From the NCBI GenBank assembly GCA_903862655.1, contig CAIOZA010000139.1, forward strand, positions 15,311 through 79,310: a DNA stretch of 64,000 nucleotides, written 5' to 3'. Both the position numbers and the translations under genes were made by a program. Numbering within the stretch: position 1 is the stretch's first letter; every line of letters begins with the position of its first letter. Below are positions 46,329 through 55,501 of this stretch, in pieces. The notes beneath the pieces were generated by a model. It was not told the origin of the DNA and searched no databases. It saw only the letters and a program-made list of their open reading frames with translations. The stretch comes from an uncultured Ignavibacteria bacterium (lineage in GTDB: Bacteria; Bacteroidota; Ignavibacteria; Kapaibacteriales; UBA2268).

Positions 46329-47318
46329 ATGTACAAGAAATCAAATATTATATTTTTAATATTCTTTATCCTTTTAACCGGAAAGAGTATCTCTGCTGAC
46401 ATCTACCGTGTAGCTATGCCTGATGGCAAGATGGTGAACCTTCCATATTTTTACATTAATAACCTTGAATACATATCATTAATTGATGCAACAAAGCAGG
46501 TTCTTCCTTTATCGATTCATTTGAATGAGAATCATGAGATACTATACAAGAACTGTGTTTTATATTATCAACCCGGTACATTCTTTATTTATTCTAAAAT
46601 TGATGGCGAAGAAAGAGCAGCACAACTGAGCCTGCCGGTAATTTTAAGGAATGGAAATCCTGTAATACATCTCAAGTCTTTCTTAAATGCTCTTCAGACT
46701 CTTGGGATCTATGAATGTGAATTCTACAAATACAGAGCTATTTTGAGGAACTTACTGGTTGAGAAAAAACCTGAAAAAAAGATGCTAGTACAGAAAATAC
46801 CTGAAAAAAAAATCATTCCACCCAAGAAATCCAAACAAGAAAAGATAATTCTTAGCAATGATGAATTGGCTTCGACTTTCATGGATAGTTCAGACTACCG
46901 CCAGAACAAAATAAAATATTCAGAGTCGATAAAGATACCTAAACCAACAAAACCCAAACCAATTACTGATAAAAAGACTGTGGAAAAGAAGCTGCATATG
47001 GCTGATAACTACATGTCATCGTCAACAAAGAGAATGAGTTTTTTGAAGAATTCATTTGATTCTAAGGATACAATTGAAAACACTGATGATCCACCGGTTG
47101 AACATAAATCCGATTCAAGAACAGAACCGGTGAAGAGAGAAATAAAGATAAGTAAGCCATCAGAATCAAATGCAAACGAATCTCCTGCCAATACGACCCA
47201 AGATGGAGAAAAGAGCAGTGTTGCCCCTGTAAAACAGCTTTACCCCCCATCCTATTACACAATACCCAAGAAACTGAAGCGAAAAGAAATCGACAGCAAA
47301 CTAGAGGGTCAGAAGTAA
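46329..47318 (+). CDS. secreted protein of unknown function with a Lys/Pro-rich C-terminal half
   Basis: Signal peptide IIFLIFFILLTGKSISA and a low-complexity K/P/E-rich tail. No recognised family. Confidence 0.5.
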   Translation: MYKKSNIIFLIFFILLTGKSISADIYRVAMPDGKMVNLPYFYINNLEYISLIDATKQVLPLSIHLNENHEILYKNCVLYYQPGTFFIYSKIDGEERAAQLSLPVILRNGNPVIHLKSFLNALQTLGIYECEFYKYRAILRNLLVEKKPEKKMLVQKIPEKKIIPPKKSKQEKIILSNDELASTFMDSSDYRQNKIKYSESIKIPKPTKPKPITDKKTVEKKLHMADNYMSSSTKRMSFLKNSFDSKDTIENTDDPPVEHKSDSRTEPVKREIKISKPSESNANESPANTTQDGEKSSVAPVKQLYPPSYYTIPKKLKRKEIDSKLEGQK

Positions 47319-47322
47319 ATAT

Positions 47323-48252
47323 TTATTTTGATTTTTTGGGGAGGTTCTTTTTTAAAGAATCAATTTTGCATTTTGATTTATTAATCGAGTCAGGCATTAA
47401 GGCTATTGGCTTTAGTTTATAAGTTTTATCCCTAAGAGTACATGAAAATATCCGGCTAACTAACGGCAAAAACTGCCGTGATGGAACTTTTTCATAAGAA
47501 CCAATATTGAAACCACCGGGTTTCATTAAAGTTTTGCCATCGATAAATATTTTCTCGTAATTATTTCTTAAGGCATAGCCATTGTATAGGGAGTTGATTC
47601 GATTGTTAAAAAGCTTTGAATTGAATTTATAGTTCCTTTCAAGAAGTATATCTTTTTCAGGTTTGTATTCTTTTAACGATGCAAATTTTAGAACTACAGC
47701 TGGCTCATCGTGATATACAAGAACGGGTGATCCTAATGAAACACGTTTATACAATTCTGCTCCATCTTCTCTGGATATTCTAACGCATCCATGAGAGGAT
47801 GGACGCTTGCCGAGAAGCCAGTAATATCCGGTTCCCTTCAATCCATGAAATCCTACATTGCCGTTGAAACCAATCCAATTGAAAAGTTCTGCATCATTAA
47901 ACTGCTTAGAAGTAGCGATAGGACTCTTAGACTGAACAGTATAGAGACCATCTGGCGTTACGAGACCTTCCGGTATCATATCTGTGCCGGAGGAAATTTT
48001 ATAAGTTATTGATGAGTCGGCACGTCGGAATAGAGTTGCAGTTTGATTCTTCAGAGTAATTTCGATATAGTTATTACCAAGAAGATAAACTGTATCCTTA
48101 GCGCGCAAGTATGCAAAATAATAATTGTCTGAATCATACTGATTTATTCTGCCAACATTATTGCCACAACTGAATAGTCCTGTTATTACAGGAAGTAAGA
48201 TTACACAAAGTGGAATTACAAAGAATTTATTTTTAAGAAATTGAATATTCAT
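47323..48252 (-). CDS. L,D-transpeptidase (YkuD) family lipoprotein
   Basis: Catalytic motif SSHGCVRIS and lipobox LFSCG. ATG chosen at 48252. Confidence 0.8.
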   Translation of the reverse strand: MNIQFLKNKFFVIPLCVILLPVITGLFSCGNNVGRINQYDSDNYYFAYLRAKDTVYLLGNNYIEITLKNQTATLFRRADSSITYKISSGTDMIPEGLVTPDGLYTVQSKSPIATSKQFNDAELFNWIGFNGNVGFHGLKGTGYYWLLGKRPSSHGCVRISREDGAELYKRVSLGSPVLVYHDEPAVVLKFASLKEYKPEKDILLERNYKFNSKLFNNRINSLYNGYALRNNYEKIFIDGKTLMKPGGFNIGSYEKVPSRQFLPLVSRIFSCTLRDKTYKLKPIALMPDSINKSKCKIDSLKKNLPKKSK

Positions 48253-48360
48253 TATTACTATCTTTGAAAACAAGATATGCAATTTATTAAAAAAAGTTCA
48301 TTTTTTAATTAATTTACATATCCATAATTTGAAGTTTATTTCATTGATGAATTTGATTAC

Positions 48361-49371
48361 TTGAAGAAAACTAACTATAATAATGTAAAATCAGTTGCTG
48401 TTGTCAGGACAGACCGCATAGGAGATATGGTATTGACGTTGCCTTTGTGCAAAGCAATACGTGACTACAAAAGTGATATAAAAATTACAGTAATAGCAAA
48501 ATCATATACTTCGGCACTTTTGGAAAAGAATCGATTTGTTGATGAAGCTTTTTACATTGATAATGACAATAATGGAATTATGCAGATATTTAATGAGAAT
48601 CAATTTGATGCTGTGTTCTTTCCCAGGCCTGTTTTCAAAGAAGTATTCAGTGCATTTAAAGCCGGAATTCCTATTAGGATTGGATCGGGATACAGATGGT
48701 ATTCATTTCTGTTTAATCACAAAGTTTATGACCACAGGAAGACAGGTACTCTCCACGAAGCAGAATATAATGTAAGATTATTATCGTCTATAACAGACAG
48801 AGACTTTCAAGTTAGATTAATCAAACCATCTGAAAATATAGCTGATTCACAAAAAGTAAAAGAAATTCTTAAAGAAAATGGTATTGAAACAAATACCGGT
48901 TATATGATCATTCATCCTGGCTCCAAAGGATCAGCGAGAGATTGGAGTCCATATAATTTTGGGAAATTATCGGATATGATTTCTAAAAGACATAATCTGA
49001 AAATTTTAATTACAGGAATTGATTCAGAGGAAAATCAATGTATGGAAGTATTGAAACATAACCTTGATGCTGTTAATTTGTGCGGAAGATTAACACTAGG
49101 GCAAATGATTTCTCTTATTTCCAGAGCAAGAGTTTTAGTGTCAAATTCGACTGGTGTCATTCATTTAGCCGCTGCATCAGAAATCCCTGTTGTTGGGATA
49201 TATCCAAACACTTCGCATATTGGTGAAAGAAGATGGGGACCACTAACAGATAAGAGAATAATCGTTTCACCTGACAAAAACAACAAAGATATTGATGATG
49301 TGAACACTATCAATATCAATGAGGTTTATAATGCAGTAGATAAATTATTGAGTAGATTTTCTAATCTCTAA
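48361..49371 (+). CDS. glycosyltransferase family 9 (heptosyltransferase-like)
   Basis: VVRTDRIGDMVLTLP N-terminal motif and C-terminal SNSTGVIHLAAA. TTG start. Confidence 0.8.
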   Translation: MKKTNYNNVKSVAVVRTDRIGDMVLTLPLCKAIRDYKSDIKITVIAKSYTSALLEKNRFVDEAFYIDNDNNGIMQIFNENQFDAVFFPRPVFKEVFSAFKAGIPIRIGSGYRWYSFLFNHKVYDHRKTGTLHEAEYNVRLLSSITDRDFQVRLIKPSENIADSQKVKEILKENGIETNTGYMIIHPGSKGSARDWSPYNFGKLSDMISKRHNLKILITGIDSEENQCMEVLKHNLDAVNLCGRLTLGQMISLISRARVLVSNSTGVIHLAAASEIPVVGIYPNTSHIGERRWGPLTDKRIIVSPDKNNKDIDDVNTININEVYNAVDKLLSRFSNL

Positions 49372-49374
49372 AGA

Positions 49375-49992
49375 TCAGACATTGCCTTCAACAATTTTAC
49401 TCGCAAGGACATTATTTAATGAATTTCTTATTATCTCTTCTGCTTGTTCGGTAATAGGATTATCATGCCCTGAGTATATAGTTTTGATTTTCAATCTGGC
49501 TAAACGTTTTAATACATCAACAAAATACGCAGAATATGATCCACCTGGAGATTTAATAAAAATTGGACTGTCTCCTGAGAAGAGTACTTGCTCTTCCTCA
49601 CAATAAATACATATTGAGTCGTTAGAATGACCTGGAGTATAAAGAATTACTCCATCCCTATCTCCTAATCTTACGTCCATATAATCATAAACTTTAACAT
49701 CGACATAAGGCAGCTTATTATAAGCCAAAACTGTTGATTTGTAAAGTTCTTTGAAAATCTTGGCACCACCACTATGATCGAAATGCTCGTGTGTAAGAAT
49801 TATCTGCTCTACACGCCTTTTCCCTACACCGGTCGATATACTTTCTAATTCCTCAAGAATTGAGCCATCAGTACCAGCGTCTATCAGGGTATTAATATCA
49901 TCAAGTTTGTTCCAATCCCCCCTGATAAGGTATGAATTAGCAGAATAAACAGTAGGATTACCTTTGAGAAGGCTTACTTTCATTATGGACAA
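49375..49992 (-). CDS. MBL-fold metallo-hydrolase
   Basis: HEHFDHSGG (HxHxDH motif) and GHS downstream. Confidence 0.85.
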   Translation of the reverse strand: MSIMKVSLLKGNPTVYSANSYLIRGDWNKLDDINTLIDAGTDGSILEELESISTGVGKRRVEQIILTHEHFDHSGGAKIFKELYKSTVLAYNKLPYVDVKVYDYMDVRLGDRDGVILYTPGHSNDSICIYCEEEQVLFSGDSPIFIKSPGGSYSAYFVDVLKRLARLKIKTIYSGHDNPITEQAEEIIRNSLNNVLASKIVEGNV

Positions 49993-49997
49993 TCAAC

Positions 49998-50621
49998 TTA
50001 TAGTTTTTGGAAAACATTTGCATCATTTGCTAATTGTGTGAATAAATGCTCACATTCAGCAGGCAATTTTTGCGTTTGTTCAGTCACCAACATACCGCCC
50101 GGAGCCAGAGCAGAATGATACATCTTGATTACTTCAATTCTCTGCTCCTGAGTAAAATGAAGCAGTACATTTTTACAAATGACAAGATGGTAGTTTGAAT
50201 CGATTGGATTCAAAGTAAGAATATCATTTTTAGTAAATTTCACTCTGCTTCTAATCATCTCATTTATTTGGTAATTTTCACTGTCAGCAACTCTCGAAAA
50301 ATATTTTTCTAAAATATTTGGTGGCATTCGTGCAAGTTCACCAATAGGATAGATACCCTCTTCAATTATTTTGCAAAAAGTGTCCTGCTCGTCAATATCG
50401 GTTGCATCGATTGCAACTCGTTTATATTGGAAATATCCCATTCTCTCGGCAAGTACTATTGCGAAAGTATATGGTTCAGGTCCCATTGCACAGCCTGCAT
50501 CCCAGATTTTAATTTTTGCTGCACCTTCGGCATACGGAATAAACTGACTGGCTAATTGTTCAAGCGTATGGATATCTCTGAAAAAAAATGTAAAAGCCAC
50601 TAAATCACCCTTTATAATCAA
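49998..50621 (-). CDS. CheR-type SAM-dependent methyltransferase (catalytic domain only)
   Basis: TFFFRD, KIWDAGCAMGPEPYTFAIVLAE and VICKNVLLHF. Lacks the N-terminal helical CheR domain. TTG start. Lies 5 nt upstream of the MBL hydrolase. Confidence 0.7.
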   Translation of the reverse strand: MIIKGDLVAFTFFFRDIHTLEQLASQFIPYAEGAAKIKIWDAGCAMGPEPYTFAIVLAERMGYFQYKRVAIDATDIDEQDTFCKIIEEGIYPIGELARMPPNILEKYFSRVADSENYQINEMIRSRVKFTKNDILTLNPIDSNYHLVICKNVLLHFTQEQRIEVIKMYHSALAPGGMLVTEQTQKLPAECEHLFTQLANDANVFQKL

Positions 50622-50765
50622 TAACAGATAGTATTATCGTCAGTTTTGACAATAACTTTATAGATATAACGAACATCAAACTGACTACCAATAGGCTAAC
50701 TGTTGAATTAACAGGACTTGCTATTGATGTTAATTTTTTAAAAGGAAAAGAACAGTTCAAAATTA

Positions 50766-51275
50766 TTATTCATTATCAGAATAAATACTGTTTTCAACTT
50801 CAGCTTCATAGATTTCATCAATTGCTAGATCGGCACCAGATGCGGCTTGCTTACAAAGAAAGTCGCAACGCTCATTTTCGGGAATGCCGGCATGAGCTTC
50901 GACCCATTGAAATTCAATATCAAACTGCTTCGATAGTGGAAATAATTCCTTCCACAGATCAACATTCAATACTTTATCCTTCCTTGTGCGCATCCAGCCT
51001 TTGGATTCCCATTTTGTCAGCCAGCCGTTATTGAAAGCATTAACAACATATTTAGAATCTGAGTGAAGAATGATTTTAAATTTCTTACCTGATTTTATAT
51101 TTTTTAGTGCTTCGATCACGGCAAGAATTTCCATACGATTATTTGTAGTTTTCCTAAAACCGCCTGAAATCTCTTTCCGCTTGCCACCCCACATTAAAAC
51201 TGCTGCAAAACCACCGCGTCCTGGATTCCCGAGACACGACCCGTCGGTATAAATGATAATTTTGTCTTTGTCCAT
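50766..51275 (-). CDS. rnhA: ribonuclease HI
   Basis: IYTDGSCLGNPGRGGFAAVL, TNNRMEILAVIEAL, HSDSKYV and WVEAHAGIPENERCD. Confidence 0.9.
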   Translation of the reverse strand: MDKDKIIIYTDGSCLGNPGRGGFAAVLMWGGKRKEISGGFRKTTNNRMEILAVIEALKNIKSGKKFKIILHSDSKYVVNAFNNGWLTKWESKGWMRTRKDKVLNVDLWKELFPLSKQFDIEFQWVEAHAGIPENERCDFLCKQAASGADLAIDEIYEAEVENSIYSDNE

Positions 51276-51481
51276 TTTAGAAATTTACAGAAAGCTGATG
51301 AATAAACAATTTTTTAGGTTAAATAATACAATTTTAAAAAGATGTAATTTAATGAAATGGAATAAATTAATCATTATCTTTTAGAAATAATTAGGAAAGT
51401 TTATTGCTTTGATTTATATTTGAAGTCCTACTCGTATTTTTTTTGCAGCATAATTTATATAAAATATATTTGGGGGAAGTT

Positions 51482-51907
51482 ATGGAAGTCGTTAAAATAT
51501 TCGGCTTACAGTCTCATACAATTCAAAAGATTCCTTTCTTTTCGATGTCCGTTGCGGCAGGCATTCCTGTTACAGCTGACAGCACTGTTGATTCGGAAAT
51601 TGACCTGAATGAATTCCTGATTACACATCCGGCTTCTACATTTTTCGCTCATGTCAGTGGAAACAACATGAAGCAGGTGGGTATTGAAGATGGGGATATT
51701 CTGATCGTTGACAGCTCAGTTGAGCCATCCGATTTCAAGGTTGTGATAGCAAGTTTGAACAATGAATTGTCAGTCAAGATTTATCGTGAGCTGGAAGGTG
51801 TTGTATATCTTCAGACAGATCACGAGAGATTTTTACCAATGTCGATCGATGGGCTGATGGAATTCAGAATTATCGGAGTTGTAACAAAAGTAATTCATTC
51901 GTTATAA
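51482..51907 (+). CDS. UmuD-like S24 peptidase paralog 1 (Ala-Gly site present, Ser nucleophile replaced by Asn)
   Basis: GGGGGAAG precedes the ATG at 51482. Collinear with E. coli UmuD: SVAAGIPVTAD aligns with VQCGFPSPAAD, VSGNNM with ASGDSM, and SVKIY with TVKKL. No HTH domain. Confidence 0.75.
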   Translation: MEVVKIFGLQSHTIQKIPFFSMSVAAGIPVTADSTVDSEIDLNEFLITHPASTFFAHVSGNNMKQVGIEDGDILIVDSSVEPSDFKVVIASLNNELSVKIYRELEGVVYLQTDHERFLPMSIDGLMEFRIIGVVTKVIHSL

Positions 51908-51912
51908 ATGCT

Positions 51913-52347
51913 ATGTCAACTCAGATGAGAGCAAGTAAAATTTCAATTGTAAGGACAAATTATAAGTTCGAAGCTCCAGTTCTTGGAGCTTCAGCTCCTA
52001 CGGGTGTGCCCAAACATGAATACAATCTGAATAATTTACTTGACTTAAATTCATTTCTGGCACCAATACCGGAGAATTGTTTTCTGGTCAGAGTGTCAGG
52101 GCAAAGCATGATTGATGCGAATATCAACACAGGTGACATACTGGTTGTAGATAAATCAGAAACCCCGAGAAACGGCAAAATCGTGATTGCATCTCTCAAT
52201 GGAGAGATGGCAGTTAAGTATTTTCAGCAGAATAAGGATGGGACATTTTTAGTATCTGCGAACAAGAGCTTTTTACCAATCAGGATTAGCGAATTATTTG
52301 AATTTCAGATTCAGGGAGTGGTTAAGCATGTGATTAAGGATATATAG
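51913..52347 (+). CDS. UmuD-like S24 peptidase paralog 2 (Ser-Lys dyad intact, non-canonical Thr-Gly at the cleavage position)
   Basis: VSGQSMIDANINTGDILVVD and MAVKYF are present, and APTGVPKHE occupies the cleavage-site position. Starts 5 nt after paralog 1. Confidence 0.75.
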   Translation: MSTQMRASKISIVRTNYKFEAPVLGASAPTGVPKHEYNLNNLLDLNSFLAPIPENCFLVRVSGQSMIDANINTGDILVVDKSETPRNGKIVIASLNGEMAVKYFQQNKDGTFLVSANKSFLPIRISELFEFQIQGVVKHVIKDI

Positions 52348-52397
52348 GAATTGAGAATTGAGAATTGAACGATAAATATTGTTTGAAAACACTGTAC

Positions 52398-52508
52398 ATT
52401 TATGTCATTCCTGTGCATACAGGAATCTATTATTTCCTTACCCCAAAAAGATTCCTTCATTAGCTATGCTGCTACTTCGTGGTCGCAGGAATGAAAGGCT
52501 GGGAGCGG
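52398..52508. repeat. intergenic repeat family R1, full copy
   Basis: About 85 percent identical to 61371-61481. Termini gtcattcctg (52404-52413) / caggaatga (52486-52494), inner hairpin attcctgt-gcat-acaggaat, and the pair aggaatct...agattcct. Confidence 0.85.
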
Positions 52509-52538
52509 GTTGATGACATTTTAGATTGTTTCTTATTT

Positions 52539-52892
52539 TCAAACCATGCTAATTCCATATTCCATTATTTCTTTTACAAAAGGATTATCCAGTGTGAAAT
52601 CCTCCGGACGGTATGGATGAGTTTCAATGTCTATACTTGTTCGTAACATTGCATCATTCAGCTTTTGACAATCATAGAAACTAACCCCTTCAAAATCTTT
52701 AGAAACAACGGCTAGATCAATATCACTTAAATCATTATAAGTACCTTTTGCATACGATCCAAACAAAATAGCTTGTGATATATGAATATTATCTTTTGAA
52801 GCTTCTTCAATGAATTTTTTAATTATTTCCTTTATTTTATCAGGGACTTGATCCAAGTGTAATATTCCATTTTTTTTTAATATGTTCATCAA
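52539..52892 (-). CDS. nucleotidyltransferase-domain protein (MNT-type, Pol-beta superfamily)
   Basis: LFGSYAKGTYNDLSDIDLAVV (GS-x-DxD nucleotidyltransferase motif), 117 aa. Confidence 0.8.
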   Translation of the reverse strand: MMNILKKNGILHLDQVPDKIKEIIKKFIEEASKDNIHISQAILFGSYAKGTYNDLSDIDLAVVSKDFEGVSFYDCQKLNDAMLRTSIDIETHPYRPEDFTLDNPFVKEIMEYGISMV

Positions 52893-53169
52893 TATTCATA
52901 TTTAATTTCAATGGAAAAAAATCAAAAATTAACAAAATATAAATTTATTCATCAGAATCAAATTTTCTAACACTGAAATCCCCAAGAAGGGTTTCATTAT
53001 CTTTCTCTTTGTTTATGAAACCAAGACGGTTTCTGCTTTCTGTTACATCTACTTGCTTCCTCTGAGATTCGTAGTCATACTTACCTAAAATAGCTCCTCC
53101 GTTACTTACAACAGAAAGGGTGGCGAAGCCAATGAATAATGATGTTATATTTTTTCAAATTTGTTGACT

Positions 53170-55443
53170 TTATCTCAATAATATCACAGGTACAACCTTT
53201 ACTGCATCACCGTGATTTATTTTGATATAATACGTACCAACAGGCACATCGGGCTGAGGAGTCCATGTTAAAATACCACTATATGAATTAGCTTTATTGA
53301 GAGCAAAGTCTTCTCCCACCGATACTATTGAACCATAAATATTATAAACTTTAAATATGGAAAGATCTATATCATATCGTTGATCCCAGAAAATCTGACA
53401 ACTGACATAATTCTTTGCAGGAATCGGATATGGTGGATTGGCATAAAAGGCAATTTGTACTTCAGTATTAACATCTGTTGTTGTGTCTTTGGGAATTAAT
53501 TTAAAAAGATAGGGTTTCTTGTTAAATCTTCCAGTTAGATAAGAGACATTAGAACCAGAAAATTCATTAGCAAAATTATATGAAGATTTTTCTGTTACAG
53601 ACCAATTTGATAATTCTTCAGGAAAATTTTTGTTTAAAATATTATAGTAATAACCATTAACAATATTTAGATCAATGAAATGAAAAAAACTATAAAGGGA
53701 TGAAATAGTATCGGGATAAATTGATAAATAAATGTTTTTGGTTGATAAATTTATATTATGTAGAGAATAATCATATTTATTTGATACTATAGGATTTTTA
53801 TTCGATGATATAACCAGAATATTATTATTAATGCGACTTGTAGCATTAATAAGACCAGGATACCCAAAGGATTTATCTTTTGTCCAGGATCTCCCGTAAT
53901 CATCAGAATTTATTAACCAATATTGTCTGATAGCAAAAGTATCGTCATCTAACTGCCCTGGACCAGGCAATCTACGTTCCAAACCGATTGCAATATAATT
54001 CGGACCATCTTGATGAAAAATTTCACATATTACGATCGAATCTAAAATACCATAATCAATATAATTGAAATTGTCATCCAATGAATATATAGTTGTGTAA
54101 TGATCCTTACCAATTCGCATATTATTTAAAATAGTAAAACCGCTTTCTTTTTTTATTAGCCTTGATTTAAAATTATCTGAACTGTTCATCCTTAGATTTT
54201 CAACATCCTTATATTCAAATGTTTCTCCATAATCTTTTGTAGTCATAATGTTGTACTCAGTAGAAAATCCCCAAGACTTATAAACAAAACCAGTACCAAG
54301 GCTATCAAAATAAGCTAAGTCAAAATTAGAATATTGTTTGATGCTTTCCGGATATGTTTTTTGAGGTAGCCAAGTTATACCGCCATTAGTAGTCTTACTG
54401 ACTATTCCATTGTAGGTATAATTATAACAAAGTTTATCATTTACCCAATAACTGGTTATTGAATATGGAAAATGGGACAATACTGTCCAGTTAAGACCTT
54501 CATTTGTGGATTTGAGAATTGTTTTGTTCCTCCCGACAGCAAAAAACAAATTATTATTTGTTTTAATAAAATCAATTGGCATTAAGTCCGAATACAGAAC
54601 TACTCTGTCTAAAGCACCTTGAGAAATTAATTGATTAATATTTTGGAAATCGATTTTATAAAAAACAGGCATCCCAAGCTTATTTGTTGATGAATTTAAA
54701 TAAATATAATAATAATCTGATTCAATCATTTTACCAAAACCAGTTGTACCTTTTGCTATTTGTGTCCAAGAATTACCTTCATCAGTTGATTTAATTAAAT
54801 CACCATCATCAATTGTCATTACGACTGAAGTTCCATTATATGTTAAATTGAATGGTTCAATACATTGATTACATAAACCTAAGTCCTTGAAATTAATAAT
54901 CTCAGTTTGCTTTCGATCTTTAATCTTATAGATTAATAATTGACCTGAATTGTGGGGAATAAGAATATTTTCTGTCGTTACCAGAAACTTTTTTCGACTA
55001 TTGTTGTATACAATATTGAGTGTGTCGATTAGGTTTAAATCTAAGCCATAGACCAGTACTTGGTTATCTGACAATAAATATATTTTATCCTTGGATGAAT
55101 TAATATCATAAATTATATTTCCATCAATTTTTAATTTTTTCCAGGATTTACCATTATCAATAGATTTTATCAGACCATTATCTGATAAAATTCCAAAAAA
55201 ATCTTGGTTTACATAAATAATTTTCTTGATTTCCAATGAATCTTGAGCTACCTTTATTTGTGCCCATGTGTTTCCGTCATCTGTTGTTCGAAGGATCATG
55301 CTACCAGTTCCATAAGCTAAAACGCTTGAATTATTATTGCATATCCCATTGAAATCAACATTCAATCGCTCAACATCAAATGGATATTCGAAAGCTACTA
55401 AGTTAATTGTTGAGAAAATTAAAAGTAGAAATATAGTTTTCAT
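53170..55443 (-). CDS. secreted BNR/Asp-box repeat protein with a divergent T9SS-like C-terminal domain (BNR-B)
   Basis: Signal peptide. Asp-boxes TTDDGNTW, SIDNGKSW, STDEGNSW, STNEGLNW, TTNGGITW, TKDYGETF and SDDYGRSW. C-terminal beta-rich domain ...VGTYYIKINHGDAVKVVPVILLR. Confidence 0.75.
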   Translation of the reverse strand: MKTIFLLLIFSTINLVAFEYPFDVERLNVDFNGICNNNSSVLAYGTGSMILRTTDDGNTWAQIKVAQDSLEIKKIIYVNQDFFGILSDNGLIKSIDNGKSWKKLKIDGNIIYDINSSKDKIYLLSDNQVLVYGLDLNLIDTLNIVYNNSRKKFLVTTENILIPHNSGQLLIYKIKDRKQTEIINFKDLGLCNQCIEPFNLTYNGTSVVMTIDDGDLIKSTDEGNSWTQIAKGTTGFGKMIESDYYYIYLNSSTNKLGMPVFYKIDFQNINQLISQGALDRVVLYSDLMPIDFIKTNNNLFFAVGRNKTILKSTNEGLNWTVLSHFPYSITSYWVNDKLCYNYTYNGIVSKTTNGGITWLPQKTYPESIKQYSNFDLAYFDSLGTGFVYKSWGFSTEYNIMTTKDYGETFEYKDVENLRMNSSDNFKSRLIKKESGFTILNNMRIGKDHYTTIYSLDDNFNYIDYGILDSIVICEIFHQDGPNYIAIGLERRLPGPGQLDDDTFAIRQYWLINSDDYGRSWTKDKSFGYPGLINATSRINNNILVISSNKNPIVSNKYDYSLHNINLSTKNIYLSIYPDTISSLYSFFHFIDLNIVNGYYYNILNKNFPEELSNWSVTEKSSYNFANEFSGSNVSYLTGRFNKKPYLFKLIPKDTTTDVNTEVQIAFYANPPYPIPAKNYVSCQIFWDQRYDIDLSIFKVYNIYGSIVSVGEDFALNKANSYSGILTWTPQPDVPVGTYYIKINHGDAVKVVPVILLR

Positions 55444-55501
55444 ACAAACCTCAAAATAACAGACAGGCTGATTTTCAACCTGTCATTTTTTTCTCAAATA
55501 T

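Noticed and set aside
51482-52347. The two S24 peptidases considered as LexA repressors or phage CI-like repressors.
   Set aside because: Both are about 140 aa and lack any N-terminal HTH DNA-binding domain. They align end to end with UmuD instead.
55455-55492. Hairpin gacagg...cctgtc between Cys-B and BNR-B, considered as a terminator.
   Set aside because: The stem is only 6 bp, and the strongest T-run is on the plus strand, where no gene ends. It is too weak to annotate, although it occupies the same position as the convincing terminator in module A.
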